Of a stretch of 36,769 nucleotides of DNA, positions 29,336 to 36,027 are shown piece by piece. The stretch spans positions 1 through 36,769 of the forward strand of contig JAYVJD010000306.1 of the NCBI GenBank assembly GCA_043769625.1, read 5' to 3'. How positions within the stretch are numbered: position 1 is the first letter of the stretch; every line of letters begins with the position of its first letter. The DNA is from Pseudomonadota bacterium (lineage in GTDB: Bacteria; Pseudomonadota; Gammaproteobacteria; Burkholderiales; JBEEJL01). The notes below the pieces were generated by a model that had not been told where the DNA came from, did not search any database, and saw only the letters and a program-made list of their open reading frames with translations. The position numbers and the translations under genes were made by a program.

Positions 29336-29626
29336 ATGAAAAAATTACGCAACATCCATCCCGGCGAAATATTGCTCGAAGAATTTTTAACGCCGATGAG
29401 CCTCAGCCAAAACGCGCTCGCTTGTTCCATCAGTGTTCCGCCTCGTCGTATAAATGAAATTGTGCTCGGCAAACGTAGTGTCAGCGCAGATACGGCCTTG
29501 CGCCTTGCGCGCGTATTCGGTACGAGCGAAGCATTCTGGATGGGATTGCAGGCCGACTACGATCTTGAGTTGGCGCGCGAACAAATAGCGCCGATGTTGC
29601 GTGGGATTGAAAAGATTGCAGCCTGA
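29336..29626 (+). CDS. higA: HigA-family antitoxin (XRE-type HTH)
   Basis: MKKLRNIHPGEILLEEFLTPMSLSQNALACSISVPPRRINEIVLGKRSVSADTALRLARVFGTSEAFWMGLQADYDLE is the canonical HigA/VapI sequence. SD AGGAGA lies 5 nt upstream. Confidence 0.9.
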   Translation: MKKLRNIHPGEILLEEFLTPMSLSQNALACSISVPPRRINEIVLGKRSVSADTALRLARVFGTSEAFWMGLQADYDLELAREQIAPMLRGIEKIAA

Positions 29627-29656
29627 TAAAAAATATTCGAACCTGACCCCTTAATC

Positions 29657-29952
29657 CCCGTGAAGCCATCAATCACTTGCTTCGCCGTGTCATGACGCAC
29701 ATCTATCTCAGGGAATTTTTGTTGTAACTTCTTCGCCAGGCCCGACTCTAACTCCACCGCAATCAAGGGCACATCAGGATGTGAGCCGATCAAAGCCTTA
29801 GTCACCGAACCCGTGCCCGCGCCCAACTCAACCACCAGCTCAGCCCGATCCGTCGCCCGCGCCATAGCATTCGCGAGATACTTGGAAGAAGGCGCCAGAC
29901 AACCCATCGTCGCCGGGTTTCTGATCAAGGAAATAAAAAACTGTGCGGACAT
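29657..29952 (-). pseudogene. Truncated paralogue (5' ~98 codons) of the SAM methyltransferase gene
   Basis: The first 94 aa differ from the 27644-28192 product at only 5 positions. Homology is lost after DTAKQVID(G/N)(F/L)T, and the frame then runs through the region downstream of higA and into the antisense of its 3' end to a stop at 29557. Confidence 0.8.
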
Positions 29953-30109
29953 TAGGTCTTTCAGTTTTGTTGGCGGAGTGAAAATGATGAAGTCTGGTGT
30001 AAGCCAGACTAGGTAACGAATTATGACGTAATTAAATTGATGGCGCGATAGTTAATTGTGAAACAATTTTTTAAAAATGATAATATATTGTATAAAATCA
30101 AATAATTAC
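29672..30109. repeat. Direct repeat, copy B (methyltransferase 5' fragment plus divergent promoter region)
   Basis: Pairs with 27912-28359. Confidence 0.85.
30056..30084 (+). promoter_or_regulatory. Candidate sigma70 promoter for the deaminase gene
   Basis: TTGTGA - 17 nt - GATAAT, about 150 nt upstream of the ATG at 30233, inside repeat copy B. Confidence 0.4.
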
Positions 30110-30232
30110 GAGTTATTGAGTAGATGTTCAGCACGGCATCTACAACACAATAATTAAACTAATTTAACTAAAAACCTAAAATTAATCTAAGGTGTTGTGA
30201 CACAAACAACTCAATAAAATCAGGAGGCAATA

Positions 30233-31798
30233 ATGGCAAAAACTATCCGAAAAAATATCAGTCCAAAAAAATCGATCCAAAAAAACAAAACACCTCTGCT
30301 TGAGCATAATAAAACCCCTGAGCTTTTTTTCGGCTTAATAGCGCCATCCGGGACAGATCTAACACAACCAATAGCCAGTTTAAAAAGTGAACTTCAAAAG
30401 CTCAGATATAAGGTTAAAGAGGTAAATTTAAGTGGCCTTATAACAAGTTTTTTAACAAAAAATACGTCCACTCAAAATGAAAAAGATAGGTTAACAAATT
30501 TAATGAGATATGGCACAGAAATTAGAGAGAAAACTTCAAGAGGAGATGCGATTGCTCTATTAGGAATTTCAGAAATACAACGTTTACGAAATCTTGAAAG
30601 TGAAGATGATATTGGAGTTGCATATATTATTAAGTCGCTAAAACATTCTGAAGAAATAAATACTTTGCGAAAAGTTTATGGCCAAGGATTTTATTCGGTA
30701 TCAGTTTATTCTCCTAGGGGTTCAAGAATTAATGAGCTAGCTAGCCGAATCGAAAAGTCCAAATCCAGCAAGCATGGTTCTCGTTCAGAAGCAGAGGCCC
30801 TAGTAGAAAGAGATGAGTCTGAAAAAGGACATCCATTAGGTCAAAACGTAAAGGATGCTTTTCCGCTAGCTGATTTTTTCCTAGACGTAAGAATAAAGAA
30901 AAAAATTAATGATGAGATAAAGAGATTTATTGAATTAATTTTTTCACATCCCTATCACACGCCTACGAAAGATGAGTATGCAATGTACCATGCAAAATCT
31001 GCGGCTTTACGGTCCGCAGATTTAGGTAGGCAAGTGGGAGCATCAATTACAACAAAAAACTGTGATTTGATTTCAATTGGTTGTAATGATGTTCCTCGCT
31101 CAGGTGGTGGTTTGTACTGGCCTGATGATGAAGAGGACGGTCGAGATTTTCGTAAAGGCAATGATCCTATACATGAACAGAAGGAACAAATTCTTGGCGA
31201 GCTAATAGAGCGTTTACGTGATAATAAATGGTTGTCGAAGCCTTTAAAAGACCAAGCTCCCCAAAATTTATTAAACGAATCATTGGTCGGTAAATATAAA
31301 CATGTATTTAAAGATACTTTGGTAATGAATTTGTTAGAGTTTGGTAGAAGTGTGCATGCAGAAATGGCGGCGTTGATGGATTCAGCAAGAAGAGGTGTTT
31401 CAGTAAAGGGAGCAACGCTATATACAACTACATTCCCATGCCACCTCTGCGCAAAGCATATCATCGCATCAGGTATAGACCGGGTTGTATATATTGAGCC
31501 CTATCCAAAAAGTAGGGCGCTTAATTTATTTGATGATTCAATAAGTGTTGATGGGGCGAAAGACGCATCAAATAAAATTTCTTTTGAACCATTTGTTGGA
31601 GTTGCGCCAAGGCAATATTTGAATCTTTTTGAAGCACCTATTGATAGAAAAGATAATCGAGGAAAAATAATTGATTGGCCTGCGAACGGATTCATTCCCC
31701 GAGTGAAAAGATTAACAGATACTTATATTTTTCTCGAAACTCGAATAATCGCTGAAATTATCCCCAAAATGAAGCTGGTTGCAAAATCTATTGTTTGA
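30233..31798 (+). CDS. Kinase-like / dCMP-deaminase fusion protein: AvcD (DcdV) / anti-phage dCTP-deaminase-type defence protein
   Basis: C-terminal zinc deaminase motifs VHAEMAAL and FPCHLCAKHII, preceded by DEYAMYHAKSAALRSADLGRQVGASI. The N-terminal domain begins with a degenerate P-loop-like ELFFGLIAPSGTDLTQ. 521 aa, strong SD (CAGGAGG), ~35% GC by eye. Confidence 0.8.
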   Translation: MAKTIRKNISPKKSIQKNKTPLLEHNKTPELFFGLIAPSGTDLTQPIASLKSELQKLRYKVKEVNLSGLITSFLTKNTSTQNEKDRLTNLMRYGTEIREKTSRGDAIALLGISEIQRLRNLESEDDIGVAYIIKSLKHSEEINTLRKVYGQGFYSVSVYSPRGSRINELASRIEKSKSSKHGSRSEAEALVERDESEKGHPLGQNVKDAFPLADFFLDVRIKKKINDEIKRFIELIFSHPYHTPTKDEYAMYHAKSAALRSADLGRQVGASITTKNCDLISIGCNDVPRSGGGLYWPDDEEDGRDFRKGNDPIHEQKEQILGELIERLRDNKWLSKPLKDQAPQNLLNESLVGKYKHVFKDTLVMNLLEFGRSVHAEMAALMDSARRGVSVKGATLYTTTFPCHLCAKHIIASGIDRVVYIEPYPKSRALNLFDDSISVDGAKDASNKISFEPFVGVAPRQYLNLFEAPIDRKDNRGKIIDWPANGFIPRVKRLTDTYIFLETRIIAEIIPKMKLVAKSIV

Positions 31799-31879
31799 GT
31801 TAATATAGATGGTGTAATTTGCAATGTATGATTTACTAATAAAATAATTAAATTAACTCTAAATAGTTTGGAGGCAATT

Positions 31880-32062
31880 ATGGCAAAACCAGCGGAGATT
31901 AACTGGGATGACCAGATAAAACAGGCTCAAGATGAAATTAAATCTTGGTCTAAGTCGGTACAATTAAATACCCGGCTTGATAAAGGCTTTAGTGCCGTAG
32001 CTGAGCCGATTCAAACAAGTTCAAAGTTAGTAGCCAAAAAGACATCGAATCAACGTGATTAA
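31880..32062 (+). CDS. Small hypothetical protein (60 aa) downstream of the deaminase
   Basis: MAKPAEINWDDQIKQAQDEIKSWSKSV... Its SD and start context, GGAGGCAATTATGGCAAAA, matches that of the deaminase gene at 18 of 19 nt. Same strand and same AT-rich islet. Confidence 0.5.
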   Translation: MAKPAEINWDDQIKQAQDEIKSWSKSVQLNTRLDKGFSAVAEPIQTSSKLVAKKTSNQRD

Positions 32063-32105
32063 TTTCAAGATAATTTGAGTCTATGGGATGGCTCATTTAT
32101 TTGTG

Positions 32106-33455
32106 CTATCCCACCCCCGGAAATCTCCCCTTCATCCCGCGCATCATTTTTGCCATGCCGCCTTTTTGCATGCTCTTCATCATTTTCTGCATTTGTTCGA
32201 ATTGATTTAACAGGCGATTCACTTCCTGTACTTGCACGCCTGCGCCGGCGGCGATGCGGCGTTTGCGTGTGGCTTTTATTAGTGCGGGGAATTGGCGTTC
32301 TTGTTTGGTCATGGAGTTGATGATGCCTTCGGTGCGGCCTAGCGCTTTGTCATCGACTTGCGGATTGCCTTGGGCGATTTTGCCCATTTGCGCGGGGAGT
32401 TTGTCCATGAGAGAACTTAAGCCGCCCATTTTTTTCATTTGTTGTAATTGGCTTTTGAAATCTTCGAGGTCGAAGTCTTTGCCTTTTTTCATTTTCAGCG
32501 CGAGCTTTTCGGCTTCGGCTTTGTCGATGCCTTGATGCGCTTGTTCGATCAGCGATAACACGTCGCCCATGCCGAGGATGCGCGAGGCCATGCGCTCGGG
32601 GTGGAAGGCTTCGAGGCCGGTGAGTTTTTCGCCGACGCCGATAAATTTGATCGGCTTTTGCGTGACGTGTCGCACTGATAGCGCCGCGCCGCCACGCGAA
32701 TCGCCATCGAGTTTGGTGAGGATGATGCCGGTCAGCGGCAACGCGTCACCGAAAGCTTTGGCGACATTCACTGCGTCCTGGCCTTGCATCGCATCGACGA
32801 CGAACAGGGTTTCGATGGGTTGGAGCGATGAATGTAACTGTTTGATTTCATTCATCATTTCTTCATCTATCGCGAGGCGTCCGGCGGTATCGACGATGAG
32901 CACATCATGAAAATGTTTTTTCGCGTAGTCCTGCGCGGCGAGCGCGATGTCGTTCGGTTTTTGTGCTTTGTCCGACGCGAAAAAATCCACGTCGAGTTGT
33001 TTGGCTAGCAGTTTTAATTGTTCGATGGCGGCGGGGCGATACACGTCGCAACTCACTAACAATACTTTTTTCTTTTGCTCTTTTAATAATTTCGCCAGCT
33101 TGCCGCTGCTGGTGGTTTTGCCCGATCCTTGCAAGCCGGCCATGAGAATAATCGCGGGCGGCACGGTGGCGAGGTTGATGCCTTCGCTCGTGCCGCCCAT
33201 GAGTTCGATCAACTCGCGATGCACCACGCCGACCAACTCTTGTCCGGGTGACAGGCTTTGCAACACGTCGATGCCGAGGGCTTTTTCTTTCACGCGCGCG
33301 ATGAAATCTTTGACCACCGGCAGGGCGACGTCGGCTTCGAGCAGCGCCATGCGCACTTCGCGCATCGCGTCTGAGATATTGTCTTCGGTCAGGCGCGATT
33401 GTCCGCGCAAGGTTTTGATTACGCCGCCGAGGCGCTGGGTTAAATTCTCAAACAT
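32106..33455 (-). CDS. ffh: Signal recognition particle protein Ffh
   Basis: MFENLTQRLGGVIKTLRG...GLQGSGKTTSSGKLA...DTAGRL... plus a Met-rich M domain (MQKMMKSMQKGGMAKMMRGM). Confidence 0.98.
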   Translation of the reverse strand: MFENLTQRLGGVIKTLRGQSRLTEDNISDAMREVRMALLEADVALPVVKDFIARVKEKALGIDVLQSLSPGQELVGVVHRELIELMGGTSEGINLATVPPAIILMAGLQGSGKTTSSGKLAKLLKEQKKKVLLVSCDVYRPAAIEQLKLLAKQLDVDFFASDKAQKPNDIALAAQDYAKKHFHDVLIVDTAGRLAIDEEMMNEIKQLHSSLQPIETLFVVDAMQGQDAVNVAKAFGDALPLTGIILTKLDGDSRGGAALSVRHVTQKPIKFIGVGEKLTGLEAFHPERMASRILGMGDVLSLIEQAHQGIDKAEAEKLALKMKKGKDFDLEDFKSQLQQMKKMGGLSSLMDKLPAQMGKIAQGNPQVDDKALGRTEGIINSMTKQERQFPALIKATRKRRIAAGAGVQVQEVNRLLNQFEQMQKMMKSMQKGGMAKMMRGMKGRFPGVG

Positions 33456-33522
33456 GCTTGGGCTCTATATATTAAGTAGGTGAAATTTCAGGTGATGGCG
33501 CAGATGCGGTAAACTAATCGAC

Positions 33523-34350
33523 ATGATGCATAACCCAATAATCTATTTTATCACTGCATTGCTCTACGCTGCGCTGGCAACGTTTGGCTGGCGCGCGAGT
33601 TGGCGTTTGGCGGATGCGCCGCTGGCCGTGAAAACCTCGCCAGCGCCGCTGCAAATGCTGGTGCCGCTGGTCTGGGCGCTACATGGCGTGTTGCTGTTCA
33701 TGTCCGTGTTTTCCAGCGAGGGTATTAATCTCGGCTTCGGCAACGCGCTGTCGTTGGTGCTGTGGTTGATGGTCGGCATTTATTGGCTGGCGAATTTTTA
33801 TTACCGCTTGGCGGCAGCGAATAGTTTGGTGCTAGCAGCGGCGGCGGCGTTTGTCTTGCTACCTTTAGTTTTCCCGGCGGGGAAATTGCTCAACTACGCC
33901 GCGCCTGCGTTCAAATGGCATTTGGTCATTTCTATGCTGGCGTATAGCTTGCTCACCATCGCGGCGCTGCATGCCGTGTTGATATTGCTGCAGGAAAAAC
34001 GCTTGCATCGTCGCCAAGCTTTAGCCGCGCAATCCGGTTTGCCGCCGTTGATGGCGATGGAAAATTTATTGTTCAGAATATTATGGGCTGGCTTTATTTT
34101 GCTCACTGCGACAGTCGCCAGTGGCATCTTTTTTTCCGAAGAATTATTTGGCAAAGCATTTGATTTGAGCAAACACAAAACCGTGTTTGCATTGATCTCG
34201 TGGTTGATTTTTGCCGCGCTGTTAGTCGGCAGAAAAATGTACGGCTGGCGCGGACGCACCGCCGCACGTTTTGTCATTGCCGGATTTATTGCATTATTTC
34301 TGGCTTACTTCGGCTCGAAATTCGTCATCGAAGTGATTTTGCATCGTTAA
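33523..34350 (+). CDS. ypjD: CcsA-like inner membrane protein YpjD
   Basis: 275 aa, 8 TM, divergent from ffh and followed by a corB-like gene, as in E. coli (ffh-ypjD-yfjD). Confidence 0.75.
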   Translation: MMHNPIIYFITALLYAALATFGWRASWRLADAPLAVKTSPAPLQMLVPLVWALHGVLLFMSVFSSEGINLGFGNALSLVLWLMVGIYWLANFYYRLAAANSLVLAAAAAFVLLPLVFPAGKLLNYAAPAFKWHLVISMLAYSLLTIAALHAVLILLQEKRLHRRQALAAQSGLPPLMAMENLLFRILWAGFILLTATVASGIFFSEELFGKAFDLSKHKTVFALISWLIFAALLVGRKMYGWRGRTAARFVIAGFIALFLAYFGSKFVIEVILHR

Positions 34351-34471
34351 TTGTAACTAATTGATTTAATTGAATTTTTTATTATATCCAAAATGCCACA
34401 TTATGCGCTTCCGCTTGACACAAACGCCCGCGCTGCCAATACTTTGCTTCATACCCCGTTAAGGTTTTGCC

Positions 34472-35758
34472 TTGGATAATATTCCCTTAAGCGCGTTACT
34501 CATCGCGCTGGCCGTGTTGCTAGTGTCGTCCGCATATTTCTCGATCAGCGAAACCAGCATGATGGCGATGAACCGCTATCGCTTGCGCTATTTGGTCAAA
34601 GAAGGTCATCGCAGCGCGCGCTGGGCGACTGATTTGCTCGAACACACGGACCGTTTGCTCGGCGTGTTATTGCTCGGCAATAATTTACTTAACGCAGCGT
34701 CGGCATTGATCGTCGGCGAAATTACCAAGCGCGCGTTCGGCGACAGCCAATTCGCCCTTGCCATCGCGACCGGCGCAGCGACATTTTTTATTCTGGTATT
34801 TTCAGAAATTACGCCCAAAGTATTAGGCGCAGCCTATCCAGAAAAAATCGCGCTGCCGTCGAGCTATGTGCTGAAGCCGCTGCTGAAACTTTTTTATCCC
34901 ATCGTATGGTTTGTCAATTTGTTCGTCAAAGCCTTGCTGTGGCTGTTGCGCCTGAAGCCGAACACCGCAGAAGAGCATGTGCTAAGCATGGAAGAATTGC
35001 GCACGCTGGTGATGGAAGGCAGTCATTATATTCCGGCCAAACACCAGACGATTCTGCTCAATCTTTTCGAGCTGGAAAATATCACCGTCGATGACATCAT
35101 GACGCCGCGTCATCGTATCGATGCGATTAATATTGATGTTTCCATAGAGGAAATCCGCGAGCAACTCGCTACCAGCCATCACACCCGCGTGCCAGTGTAT
35201 GCGGGACAACTCGACAATATCATTGGCGTGTTACATGTCCGCCGCGTATTGCATCAAAGCCGCGTGGCGGAGTTGAGCGCCGAGACGCTGAAAGAAATTA
35301 TGACCGAACCGTATTTCATTCCGGCCGGCACGCCGCTATTTACACAGCTCCAAAATTTCCAGGAAACCGCGCGCCGCGTCGCATTAGTGGTCGATGAATA
35401 CGGTGAACTACGCGGCATGGTCACGCTGGAAGACGTGCTGGAAGAAGTTGTCGGCGAATTCACCAGCAATGCGCCATCGCGCAGCGTGCTCTACCAAAAA
35501 CAGCCCGATGGCAGCGTGTTGGTCGAGGGAACGTGTTTGGTGCGCTTGCTCAATCGCAAACTCGGGATGAAGTTTGGCGTCGATGGCCCGAAAACCGTGA
35601 ATGGCCTCATACTCGAACACTTTGAAGACATCCCGGACGCCGGCACCACGCTCAAAATCGACAATTACCCGATTGAAATCGTGCAGACCCAGGACCGCAT
35701 GGTAAAGACCGTGCGCATCTTCCCCGCTATCGCGCCGGCCGTGACGCAGGCGGCCTGA
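34472..35758 (+). CDS. corB: CNNM/HlyC-CorC family transporter (DUF21-CBS pair-CorC_HlyC), CorB/YfjD-like
   Basis: SAYFSISETSMMAMNRYRLRYL (DUF21), a CBS pair (DIMTPR...VPVY...IIGVLHVRRVL...VVDEYGELRGMVTLEDVLEEVVGEF), then a transporter-associated domain. TTG start. Confidence 0.88.
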   Translation: MDNIPLSALLIALAVLLVSSAYFSISETSMMAMNRYRLRYLVKEGHRSARWATDLLEHTDRLLGVLLLGNNLLNAASALIVGEITKRAFGDSQFALAIATGAATFFILVFSEITPKVLGAAYPEKIALPSSYVLKPLLKLFYPIVWFVNLFVKALLWLLRLKPNTAEEHVLSMEELRTLVMEGSHYIPAKHQTILLNLFELENITVDDIMTPRHRIDAINIDVSIEEIREQLATSHHTRVPVYAGQLDNIIGVLHVRRVLHQSRVAELSAETLKEIMTEPYFIPAGTPLFTQLQNFQETARRVALVVDEYGELRGMVTLEDVLEEVVGEFTSNAPSRSVLYQKQPDGSVLVEGTCLVRLLNRKLGMKFGVDGPKTVNGLILEHFEDIPDAGTTLKIDNYPIEIVQTQDRMVKTVRIFPAIAPAVTQAA

Positions 35759-36027
35759 ATATCGCGGGTAAATTTTCATTTAAGCCAATCGATCGCCCGC
35801 CTTTTTGCTTTACAAGCCGCACAGCTTTAGGCATGATTCTTCATAAATAACGCCAATAAATCAGCTAACTACCTCGATTTATTGATGTTTTGCAATAAAT
35901 CTGACATGACCACCGATTTTCCTGTGTGGCGTATCACTGCGCAATCCCGCTTTACGGGGTATGCTGAAATGTAAATCTGCCGGCGACTCGTGGTCCCGGC
36001 GACGGAAGAATTTTCCAGGAGAAGCAC

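Noticed and set aside
32075-33483. Plus-strand ORFs antisense to ffh (32075-32320, 32254-32535, 32569-32910, 32947-33483)
   Set aside because: They lie entirely within the highly conserved ffh gene on the other strand, and their composition is typical of antisense frames.
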